Under the pieces are notes generated by a model that was given only the letters and a program-made list of their open reading frames with translations, was not told the origin of the DNA and searched no databases. From a virus (taxonomy: Duplodnaviria > Caudoviricetes), in IMG/VR virus record IMGVR_UViG_3300030329_004387, positions 1-51,633 of that record: DNA of 51,633 nucleotides; one strand, given 5' to 3'. Of this stretch, positions 34,646-42,976 are shown in pieces. Within the stretch, counting starts at the first letter, position 1, and each line of letters opens with the position of its first letter. Both the position numbers and the translations under genes were made by a program.

Positions 34646-34934
34646 TTCTTTCCTGCATTCTTAAAAATTTATCTTTCAAGCCATTACCACTTAGAGAAGC
34701 TATAACCTCAACTAATGTTTTATAACTATTCTCTAATCCTTTTTGCTCTAGTTGCATTTTCTTTTGTTGATCTATCAGCTTTATGATTATACCTTCAACC
34801 CTAGTAAAGGATTCTCTTAACTCTTTTTGTAGTTCGTCCTGTATAAACTTATTTTGCTTTTGTATAAACCACCAAAATGCCGCTGCTACTACAAGGGGAA
34901 CGCCATATTGCTCTAATATTTGTAACCAATCCAT
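34626..34934 (-). CDS. Holin-like protein (N-terminal TM plus coiled coil)
   Basis: QYGVPLVVAAAFWWFI. Confidence 0.65.
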   Translation of the reverse strand: MDWLQILEQYGVPLVVAAAFWWFIQKQNKFIQDELQKELRESFTRVEGIIIKLIDQQKKMQLEQKGLENSYKTLVEVIASLSGNGLKDKFLRMQERNENKKY

Positions 34935-34936
34935 TC

Positions 34937-35716
34937 CTAACCCTCAATTAATTCTCCCCATAAACTAGTTCGACCATTTATCATTTGTATTATATGAACA
35001 GTAAATAAACCGCCCTTATAAAAATCAACTATTGCAAAAGCATGAGACCAATTTATATTTCTATGATCTAGCCAATCATTTGACTTTGGACTCATATCCT
35101 TTAAACATCCTATACTCCATGCAGATTTTGGTCCATCCATATGAGTCATAGAATGCTGTTGTAGATCATGCCAGTGGCCATACATTATATTGCAACCCAT
35201 TTTTCTTAAATGATTTGCCGCATGATATTGACCACCAAACTGATGACCGTGATAAAAATATAATTTACCTATTTTAAGATGCTTGCCAAAAGGATAATAC
35301 TTATATCCTCTATCAGACAAATTAACGGCATTAGCAAACTTGTATTGAGGTATGTAAGGATATTTGTCAACCGCATAATTAAGCCAATTATCATGATTTC
35401 CCTCTGTTATATACCTTTCCTTGCAATTTGCCTTATCAAGGGATTCATCTATCATATCCATCCCTTTATTAACATCTTTTACATCTTTATCAAAGCTCTC
35501 TATTAAATACTCTAAAGGCGGAGCTTTTTTCCTTTTAAACTTCCATGCTGAAAAAGCATTCCATTCTCCAACATCTCCCAAATCTATATAAGCATCTGGT
35601 TTTACTATTTCTATTGTTTGTTTTAAACAATTAATAGCTTTTTGATCGTGCAAGGGGAAATGTTTATCTGGAGTAACAATAACTCTTTTAACAACCCCTT
35701 TATCAATTTTAGGCAT
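34937..35716 (-). CDS. Calcineurin-like metallophosphoesterase
   Basis: PDKH, DLGD, GNHD, HGH, GHWH motifs. Confidence 0.9.
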   Translation of the reverse strand: MPKIDKGVVKRVIVTPDKHFPLHDQKAINCLKQTIEIVKPDAYIDLGDVGEWNAFSAWKFKRKKAPPLEYLIESFDKDVKDVNKGMDMIDESLDKANCKERYITEGNHDNWLNYAVDKYPYIPQYKFANAVNLSDRGYKYYPFGKHLKIGKLYFYHGHQFGGQYHAANHLRKMGCNIMYGHWHDLQQHSMTHMDGPKSAWSIGCLKDMSPKSNDWLDHRNINWSHAFAIVDFYKGGLFTVHIIQMINGRTSLWGELIEG

Positions 35717-35760
35717 ATAGCCTCCAATTTATTATTGTTGTGCCTTTTAAGGACTTTTTG

Positions 35761-35964
35761 CTATTTTCCTGATCCTTTTGTTCCGTAAGCTTTCTTCTTA
35801 TTGATATTAGATTTCATCTTTCTTCTAGGATTAGCCTTTCCCTTAACTGGTGCTCCATATGTTTTTGCTCTAACACCTGCTTTTTTTGTTCTTGATAAAG
35901 ATAGAATAGCAGGCCTACCACCACTTTTTCCACTGCTACTATAACCTTTTTTCCTTTTTGCCAT
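35761..35964 (-). CDS. Small highly basic protein (possible DNA-condensing/core protein)
   Basis: K/R/G/S-rich with no acidic residues; AAGGAG SD. Confidence 0.65.
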   Translation of the reverse strand: MAKRKKGYSSSGKSGGRPAILSLSRTKKAGVRAKTYGAPVKGKANPRRKMKSNINKKKAYGTKGSGK

Positions 35965-35992
35965 TTCTGACTCCTTTGTTTTTATTATTAAA

Positions 35993-36343
35993 TTATTTGC
36001 CTATATAAGCCATTATATAACTAGTAGCGTTATGCGACTTAACCAGATCAAAAGCTCCATATACAACATCCCCATTTACTAATGTAACGGGATTTGAGCC
36101 AGTATAAGAACCAGCGCCTGTTCCACCTAATGATAAATCTTCTCCTGGCGTAATAGATCTTGCTTCTACTTCTGCATCTGCATCTACTATTTTTAAAGCA
36201 ACAAAATATTTTACATCTGCAGCTACGCCACTTCCCGCTGTTACTGTTCCATTATTTACCATTATAAATCCATTTTGACCTAATGCTATTCCTGATAGCT
36301 CTTCAGCCGAAAACTCTCTTATTCCTTTATGTGTATCTGTCAT
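35993..36343 (-). CDS. Tail-associated small beta protein (paralogue A)
   Basis: LGQNG...FVAL...GDVVYGAF...MAYIG. Confidence 0.65.
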   Translation of the reverse strand: MTDTHKGIREFSAEELSGIALGQNGFIMVNNGTVTAGSGVAADVKYFVALKIVDADAEVEARSITPGEDLSLGGTGAGSYTGSNPVTLVNGDVVYGAFDLVKSHNATSYIMAYIGK

Positions 36344-36894
36344 TATTTATATCCTTTTTCTATTATTGCTATACTATAGTCACCTGCTCCCGAATGACTT
36401 TTTTCTATTGCTATTCTTGAAAACTTCCCAAAAATATGGTCACCATGAGCTACTTCCAAAAAACTAACCTGTCCACTTAAATGGGATAAATAATCAGGAT
36501 AATAGCCTGGAGTTACTCCTTGAGCAGAATAACGAGAAAAGTGACTACTTGCTTTTGCAGCCCCATCATAAGGCTCCCAAGCTTTTGCTGTTATCCATGT
36601 TCCCATGGCTAGCGAAACTGGTGGTGCAGCACTTACTAAACTATCACGACTTAAACTGAGTACTGAGTAAAAAAAATCTACTTCAGGATAAAAAAAGGTG
36701 CCTGTAGTATTATCTGCAGATGTGTTCCTTCCACATTCCCGACCAGCTATATGCTCTTGATATACTCTTGTTCCTACTCCATTGAATCCATCTACATGAG
36801 ATGTTAAAAGATCAGTACCTCTGAACATAACCATTATTTTTCCTGTTTGTCCAGACTCTAAAGCTGTATGTGCTAATGGGGTTAATACTCTCAT
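36343..36894 (-). CDS. Tail-associated protein (paralogue B, with insertions)
   Basis: SGQTG...GDHIFGKF...IAI. Confidence 0.6.
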   Translation of the reverse strand: MRVLTPLAHTALESGQTGKIMVMFRGTDLLTSHVDGFNGVGTRVYQEHIAGRECGRNTSADNTTGTFFYPEVDFFYSVLSLSRDSLVSAAPPVSLAMGTWITAKAWEPYDGAAKASSHFSRYSAQGVTPGYYPDYLSHLSGQVSFLEVAHGDHIFGKFSRIAIEKSHSGAGDYSIAIIEKGYK

Positions 36895-37346
36895 TAATAT
36901 ACCGTTGTTTCCTCTAATGATACATTATCCCAATAACAAGATTTACCACTTGTAGATGTTACTAATCTTAAATAAATACTTGAGCTAGTAGGTATAACAT
37001 TAGCGGTATGAGTGCTAGTAGATCCTGCGAAACCTTCATCAATCAAATCTACTCCTCCATCAGTATTGCCTAATTGTAAGACACCTCCTGTTTGTGTAGA
37101 TCCACCTACATGATAAAACTGAATACTAAAAGTATAAGTAACGCCAGGAGTAACACTAAGGGTCTTACTAGCATAACCGTCAGCCGATGTAGCTTCTACT
37201 CTCATTCTTTTACTTGCATTTAAAAGAGTTGCATTAGTAGTCCCAAAACCTCCAGTCCCAGAACCAAAAAGTTCTTCATATGAAGGCATTAATTGTCTAT
37301 GTTCTGGTTTTGAAGTTATATTATTTGCTAATCCTAAATTTGGCAT
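36894..37346 (-). CDS. Short tail fibre/appendage with carbohydrate-binding-like jelly roll
   Basis: MPNLGLANNI leader; VTPGVTYTFS...WDNVSLEE. Confidence 0.6.
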   Translation of the reverse strand: MPNLGLANNITSKPEHRQLMPSYEELFGSGTGGFGTTNATLLNASKRMRVEATSADGYASKTLSVTPGVTYTFSIQFYHVGGSTQTGGVLQLGNTDGGVDLIDEGFAGSTSTHTANVIPTSSSIYLRLVTSTSGKSCYWDNVSLEETTVY

Positions 37347-37348
37347 AA

Positions 37349-37699
37349 TTATCCTATATATGCTATTAGCGTTCCTGCACTATTTAAATCAATTTCAGTC
37401 CAACGGCCATAGATAGTAATACCTTTAGGGAAAGTATTGCTAGCGTCTATTTGAGTCCCTCCTGTGCCACCACCTGTTGCAGCTGCTTCAGTATTAGCCC
37501 ATCTGTCAGAATCTTCTGCTATTAGACCTCCTGATGCATCTAATGTTGTATCTGCTAAAAATGTTATAGCTACAAATACACTACCTGCAGGTGCTACTAC
37601 AGCTGTATTAGTGTCAACAAATACACACCCTGCTTGCCCCAAACTAGCATTTTGAGCTTCTTGTATAGTGTATTTCTGTAATCCTTCAGCTTTACTCAT
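37349..37699 (-). CDS. Tail-associated small beta protein (paralogue C)
   Basis: LGQAG...FVAITF...GITIYGRW...IAYIG. Confidence 0.65.
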   Translation of the reverse strand: MSKAEGLQKYTIQEAQNASLGQAGCVFVDTNTAVVAPAGSVFVAITFLADTTLDASGGLIAEDSDRWANTEAAATGGGTGGTQIDASNTFPKGITIYGRWTEIDLNSAGTLIAYIG

Positions 37700-37708
37700 T
37701 CATTCTCC

Positions 37709-38470
37709 TTATCTTGTCATTCCGAAACCTATTGATCTATAAGTTCCATATTTTCTATCACTTGCTGCTTTTTCTACAGCTCTTCTAAATTCTCTTAAAA
37801 AATACTCTCTTCTTTCCATTTCTCCCATATCTTCCATCATTTTGGCTTTAATAAAATAAACTATAGCAGATGCTTGTTGATGAGACACATCTAATTCAAA
37901 TGATTCATCTATCATTGCTGAGACATCATAATGCATTGTAACTGTTTCCTCAAAATCTGTCCATGATGCATTATCGCCTGAATATGATGTATCTAAAACA
38001 ATTATATCACCTGTACCACCACTATTTGCAAAAGAATCAATCTTATGCAATCCATTAAACCTTCCAGCATTAGATAATACTATATAATTTCCTGCATCCA
38101 TAGTAGTATCGTAATTGCGAACGTCAGGTCCTTTAAGTTGTAAATTTCCACTACTAGAAGCTCTATATTTTGCTAAATCTGTATGTTTTGTATCTGTTCT
38201 ATTTATTTTATAATTAAGAACATATGTATATTCTATCTCTAAGCCATCTGCAATATCTTCTATAGGACTTACATATTTACCATAATTTTCTATGCTACTG
38301 CTAGAACCTGGTATCCATGTACCTCCAGCTGCTTCGCAATCAGCTTTATTATTATGATTCCCAACAGTGCAATGAGCTACTGCTAATCTACCACCTCCTC
38401 CTGAAGGTGATTGTTCTAATATGGCTATTTGGTTACCTTTATTTTTGTATGCAAATTTTTTAGACGCCAT
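37709..38470 (-). CDS. Head-tail adaptor/ring protein, C-terminal part with beta insertion
   Basis: C-terminal AIVYFIKAKM.ED...YF..F helical motif. Confidence 0.55.
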   Translation of the reverse strand: MASKKFAYKNKGNQIAILEQSPSGGGGRLAVAHCTVGNHNNKADCEAAGGTWIPGSSSSIENYGKYVSPIEDIADGLEIEYTYVLNYKINRTDTKHTDLAKYRASSSGNLQLKGPDVRNYDTTMDAGNYIVLSNAGRFNGLHKIDSFANSGGTGDIIVLDTSYSGDNASWTDFEETVTMHYDVSAMIDESFELDVSHQQASAIVYFIKAKMMEDMGEMERREYFLREFRRAVEKAASDRKYGTYRSIGFGMTR

Positions 38471-38741
38471 CTGTATCCTCTATTATAGGTTCTGGAATCA
38501 TTCTAGGTATACTTTTATATGTATCATCAGTATTATCATGATGCTTACATCTAATATCTATTACCTTTACTAATTCATTAGGTAAATCATAAAATCTTTT
38601 ATCTTTAGTAATATCAAATCTTTCTCTTCTAATATTAATTTCTGTTAAAGAATTCATTTCAGCTAAAGCATCTTTTATAAATGCTATAGCTCTACCTGTA
38701 CTATTTATACCTGCTCTCTCCATAATTTCTTTTATTTTCAT
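38460..38741 (-). CDS. Head-tail adaptor/ring protein, N-terminal part
   Basis: FIKDAL.E...RFYDLP.ELVKV..I motif. Confidence 0.55.
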   Translation of the reverse strand: MKIKEIMERAGINSTGRAIAFIKDALAEMNSLTEINIRRERFDITKDKRFYDLPNELVKVIDIRCKHHDNTDDTYKSIPRMIPEPIIEDTDGV

Positions 38742-38743
38742 AA

Positions 38744-39424
38744 TTACCCCTGTTGTGGAGCTTGTGGTTGCTGTGCTGGAGGTGGCGACATTAAACCAAA
38801 AGCTGTATTATAATTTTGTTCTATTGTTACAAGCGATGGTTGTATTGCTTGTACTAATTCTATATCTTCTTCTGTTCCTGCATAATAAGCCATAATTGAC
38901 TCTAAGCATTTTTTAGCTGCATATAATACAACTAAGTATTCGTATTGGCCTGGAAAATTATCAATTAGATCGTGATTATAAGCTAAAGTAGGATAAGGGA
39001 CAGTAGTTACTATAGCTTTATTTACTGTGCCATCACTAGGTTCAGGTAATACAAAAAGTTTTGCATTTAATACATGATAAACTGGATTAAATTTACTTGC
39101 ATAACTTAAACTCTCAGTATCTGTAGCTCGAAATCTTAAATCAGACGTTATTCTTGTGCAAGGTTCTAAATTATTAGCTGATGTTCCATCTGCTCTTACA
39201 ACCGATATTATTAATCCACTTTCAACTGGATGCCCATTAGCATCTGAAATAGTAGTTGAAGTTGTAAAATTAGCTAATGCTTCAGGTTTACCTACAGATA
39301 ATCTTTCAATTACTTCTTTTGCTCCATCTGTCAACCATTGGCTTACTTCAGCCTGAGTTGGAGCTGGTTCTGTACCTAATGTAAAATTAATCATTCCTTG
39401 TATTTGTGTTTGAAAATCTGCCAT
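38744..39424 (-). CDS. Head-tail adaptor/ring protein
   Basis: QWLTDGAKEVI...KLFVLPEP...FP.QYEYLVVLYAA; position after the capsid genes. Confidence 0.65.
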   Translation of the reverse strand: MADFQTQIQGMINFTLGTEPAPTQAEVSQWLTDGAKEVIERLSVGKPEALANFTTSTTISDANGHPVESGLIISVVRADGTSANNLEPCTRITSDLRFRATDTESLSYASKFNPVYHVLNAKLFVLPEPSDGTVNKAIVTTVPYPTLAYNHDLIDNFPGQYEYLVVLYAAKKCLESIMAYYAGTEEDIELVQAIQPSLVTIEQNYNTAFGLMSPPPAQQPQAPQQG

Positions 39425-39439
39425 ATTTTTCCTTAATTC

Positions 39440-39479
39440 ATCCTGCCCCCTAGAAGAGAAATCTAATAGGAGACAGGAT
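39440..39479 (-). terminator. Stem-loop after the capsid gene block (terminator or stabiliser)
   Basis: 12-bp stem with G-U pairs on the minus strand; no clear U-tract. Confidence 0.5.
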
Positions 39480-39487
39480 TATTATTT

Positions 39488-39832
39488 TTAGTGTACTGTT
39501 CCTGCTAAACCATACCAATATCCAGTTGTTCCGTCAGAAAACCATTTACATAAAACAATGTTTTCAGCACTAACATCCCAAGTTGAATATCCTTTGATCA
39601 CAGCATCATTTGCAGCATTCTTGATAGTTAAATCATTACTGCCTGAATCGATAATTAACAAACATTCCTGTCCATTCCATTCGCCATCAGAAAGTAATAA
39701 TATACCACTAGAAGCTGTAGTGACTTTTACAAGACCTTTTGCAGTAACATCAGCACCTGTAGTAGCTACAGCGGTTACTGAAGATATCTCTTGATCATCT
39801 ACATGTTTAGCCGATACTTTAACTTTTGCCAT
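39488..39832 (-). CDS. Small virion protein
   Basis: Beta-rich; DG...GQ motif; in the capsid block. Confidence 0.6.
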   Translation of the reverse strand: MAKVKVSAKHVDDQEISSVTAVATTGADVTAKGLVKVTTASSGILLLSDGEWNGQECLLIIDSGSNDLTIKNAANDAVIKGYSTWDVSAENIVLCKWFSDGTTGYWYGLAGTVH

Positions 39833-39840
39833 ATTATCTC

Positions 39841-40392
39841 CTAACTGTTATGGATAGAAGAGTCACATTGAACAAATACAGCGATTACAGTTGCTGCACC
39901 AGTTGCAGCAAGATCTTGATTAATCGGTGTAAATTCAAAGTGAACAGTTCTACCAGCTGCACTATATAAGGAACCTGCAACAACTGACGCTTCAGAGGTT
40001 GCTGCTCCACTACCTAAAGAAGCATTAGCTGCAACAGACTGCCCATTACTAAGTACATATAAAGGAATATTAGCAGCTAACGATAAGTCAGCTCCATCTA
40101 ATATTGCTTTTTGAGTCATTAGTTGAGCGCCTCCAGCGGCTGTGCCTAAGCAAAAATCAAGCTCATCACTTCCATTATTACCAGTAGTTAGTGTGCTTTG
40201 AGGAACTATAATCAGATCTTTTAACCAAGAATTTGCAGGTTGTGCAAAAGTTCCTTGAGTAGTTGCAGCTGCAGTAGCAGTAATAGCACCGCTAGATGCT
40301 TTTACAACAGTTAACCCAAGTTGTCTTTGCAAATCCTTACATTCTTCTATATGATCGCCATGTTTATTCATACCATATTGTGGAATTCCCAT
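39841..40392 (-). CDS. Capsid decoration/cement-like protein
   Basis: Directly after MCP; MGIPQYG.NK start; Ala/Thr/Gly-rich beta protein. Confidence 0.6.
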   Translation of the reverse strand: MGIPQYGMNKHGDHIEECKDLQRQLGLTVVKASSGAITATAAATTQGTFAQPANSWLKDLIIVPQSTLTTGNNGSDELDFCLGTAAGGAQLMTQKAILDGADLSLAANIPLYVLSNGQSVAANASLGSGAATSEASVVAGSLYSAAGRTVHFEFTPINQDLAATGAATVIAVFVQCDSSIHNS

Positions 40393-40404
40393 ATTGTTAT
40401 CCCC

Positions 40405-41904
40405 CTATGTCCACAGAGCATGAGTTTCTGGACAACAGAATTCCATGCCTGCTTCAGTTAAGATTTGATCTACTCTACGATCGACCCCTGAGTTCTCTAA
40501 AGTTTGAACTCCTACGTAGACTGAAGTGTCTCTATTTATACCATTACCAACAAGTGGTCTGTATGCAGCATATTTCATATTGATACCAATCATTTTAACG
40601 TTAGTACCATCTAAATGAACATTTCTTGCTACATTCATGTCACCATATATAGTAGAAATAGTTGTTATATCAATACCAAACACTTTTTTCTTTCCAGACA
40701 TTGCGAAATCAGCATTAAAGTTAGGTGAAATCTCTAAGTTATTAGAGAAGTATCCAGATAATTTATGTAGCCAATTATAAACTGCTGTAGAACAGAAGAA
40801 TATAGTTGCACCTGCATTATTATATCTTGGATCTAACATTGCTGATAAATCATCAAGAAAGTCATCTTGTGTTTTAGTTGCTGTATTTAAACTAAAAGCA
40901 TTGCCATATTGAGATATAAAGTTTACAGCACCTTCAGTAGTTGTACCTACCGCTGATTGTTGTCTGCCAAACAATAAAGATTGTTCAATATCCCATTTAT
41001 GTTCAATTAACTTTTCTTTCCAGATTCTAGCCCACTCATTGCCTTCATACTTAAGAACAGTTGCTCTATCTGTATTATTCATCACTGCTGATGTTTTCCA
41101 GATTTGAGTTTGTCCAGAAGCTGTTGCCCATGGTTGGTCTGCCCAAGTTTCAGGATATCCAGTACCCGCATCAAATGATGTACCTACTACATAACATTTA
41201 AAAGGTTCTAAATATTCTTGTGATTGAGCTATTTCTGTACTACCTGAAGCTAATCCAGCACCACTGTCTGCAATAGTATCCATTGAATCTAAGTAATAAG
41301 CTGTTGCTCCTGATCCTTTTACGCAAGTTGCATTAACTATTGCATAATTAGCTGTGTTTAAATCAACTGAATTTACTTTCCATAACTCATAATCAGTAAC
41401 TGAATTAGCATTTGCTGTGTTAGTTCCTATTTTGATTAATTGTCCAGGAAGGAAGAATTTAGGTTGAGTTCCAGCTGTGTCAGCTTTGTAGTCTACAGCT
41501 TGTCCTTTAATATTTGACATATTGCCTTCATTATTATAGTCAGTAAAGAACTTAAAGCTAAAAATACTTGATCCAGCTGTTGCTGTATGTCCTGCATCAG
41601 GTTCGCCTGCTGGGGCTACTTCTGCCGCTGTACCTACTTTTAAGATATAAGCATATCTTTTTGTGTAAGACGATCTTCTTTCAGTAAATTTGAAATTCGG
41701 ATCATCCGTTGGTTTTTTAGAAACCATGCTCAAAAAGCGAAAAAACGGGTCTTGAGCTAAATTCAATTCTGATACCATGTCTCCGAAATTATATTTTCTT
41801 CGCAGGGCACCAGTCTGAAGTGCATTATCCTCAGTACCAGTTAAGACGCCATGACCAGGGTCGCTATATAGGCTATTGCCGCCTATCAAATTGCTATCTG
41901 CCAT
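40405..41904 (-). CDS. Major capsid protein (DUF5309/SU10-like HK97 fold)
   Basis: DPFFRFL, QTQIWKT, EHKWDIEQSLLFG, DQILTEAG.E...PETHA; follows the scaffold. Confidence 0.88.
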   Translation of the reverse strand: MADSNLIGGNSLYSDPGHGVLTGTEDNALQTGALRRKYNFGDMVSELNLAQDPFFRFLSMVSKKPTDDPNFKFTERRSSYTKRYAYILKVGTAAEVAPAGEPDAGHTATAGSSIFSFKFFTDYNNEGNMSNIKGQAVDYKADTAGTQPKFFLPGQLIKIGTNTANANSVTDYELWKVNSVDLNTANYAIVNATCVKGSGATAYYLDSMDTIADSGAGLASGSTEIAQSQEYLEPFKCYVVGTSFDAGTGYPETWADQPWATASGQTQIWKTSAVMNNTDRATVLKYEGNEWARIWKEKLIEHKWDIEQSLLFGRQQSAVGTTTEGAVNFISQYGNAFSLNTATKTQDDFLDDLSAMLDPRYNNAGATIFFCSTAVYNWLHKLSGYFSNNLEISPNFNADFAMSGKKKVFGIDITTISTIYGDMNVARNVHLDGTNVKMIGINMKYAAYRPLVGNGINRDTSVYVGVQTLENSGVDRRVDQILTEAGMEFCCPETHALWT

Positions 41905-41906
41905 TT

Positions 41907-42013
41907 GTCTATCTCCGTTTTATTTAACCTTCTCTCAGCTGTACACATGTACCTTCGAGTAAGGCAGTTAAGTTCAGATAGACTAAATTTTTATTGTTGT
42001 TATAAGTCTATCC
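41907..42013 (-). promoter_or_regulatory. Structured MCP translational leader
   Basis: 41976-41984 can pair with either the SD/spacer region 41907-41914 or the scaffold stop region 42005-42013. Confidence 0.55.
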
Positions 42014-42922
42014 AAACAAGTTATCAACACCGTCACCAAAGTCAACGATTTGATCAAAAACCTCTCTATCAGCAGATTTTTGGCCTCCTTGACTATTGGC
42101 TCCACTAGCAGAAGTAGGTATGCTTCGAACATTTTTCATTTGGTTCATCATATCCTTTTTAGTACTTTGAGCAACATTTGCAGCTGTTTTTTCTTTATTT
42201 AGAATGTAATGAACATCATCTAAAGTCATTCTATGCTTTTTAGCTTTTTCCTTAAATGCAAGAAATTCATCTTCAGACATATTATTCTTTTTTCTAAATT
42301 CAATTTCCTGATCTTTCATAGCTTTAGCCTTTTGCATTTCAGCAGATTTCTTTTTTTCAGCATCAGTCATTGCATTAATTCTTTGCTGAACTAAACCATC
42401 TACATGTGCATTCATAAGCTTTGCGCTATCAGAATCAGGATCAGTCATTGCTTCTTGTTGATCAAAGATAAAATCTTCTCCAAGATTTAATTTTTCTTGA
42501 ATAGATTTTGCAGGAGAACCACCATTTACTAAATATTCTCTAACATGTTCTACTAATCCACTATCTTCTTTCATCGCTTCAAGAACAGGTACAAATTTTT
42601 CAACTTGTTTATACTGCTCTCTCCACTTGACAGCTTCTCTACTACTATCTTTGTAGCGTTTTTCCCAGTCAGTGCCGCCTTTCTGTACTCTGGGACTATT
42701 CACCACTTTATTGGAGCCTTGGTTGGTACTAACATCTTGTTTAGATGTATTCGAACTAAGGGTTGCCTCAGTGTCTACTATACTACCATTTACTTGGTTG
42801 TCTAGGGCATCGAAAAACTCTTTAGAGCCTGCATTCTTTGATTGCTTAGAAACATTTTGAATATTGTCTCCTTGCATTCCTATTGGAGCAGGGTTACCTT
42901 TAGTTTTTTGGGTTTTTGCCAT
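42008..42922 (-). CDS. Capsid scaffolding protein
   Basis: Between portal and MCP; DWEKRYKDSSREA coiled coil; low-complexity ends. Confidence 0.8.
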   Translation of the reverse strand: MAKTQKTKGNPAPIGMQGDNIQNVSKQSKNAGSKEFFDALDNQVNGSIVDTEATLSSNTSKQDVSTNQGSNKVVNSPRVQKGGTDWEKRYKDSSREAVKWREQYKQVEKFVPVLEAMKEDSGLVEHVREYLVNGGSPAKSIQEKLNLGEDFIFDQQEAMTDPDSDSAKLMNAHVDGLVQQRINAMTDAEKKKSAEMQKAKAMKDQEIEFRKKNNMSEDEFLAFKEKAKKHRMTLDDVHYILNKEKTAANVAQSTKKDMMNQMKNVRSIPTSASGANSQGGQKSADREVFDQIVDFGDGVDNLFG

Positions 42923-42946
42923 TTTATCCCCCTTTTTTATTGTTGT

Positions 42947-42976
42947 AAGTTATTCAGATTTCTCTGAATTTTCCAA
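42947..42976 (-). promoter_or_regulatory. Sigma70-like promoter for scaffold/capsid
   Basis: TTGGAA-N18-TAACTT; resembles the 4687 promoter. Confidence 0.4.
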
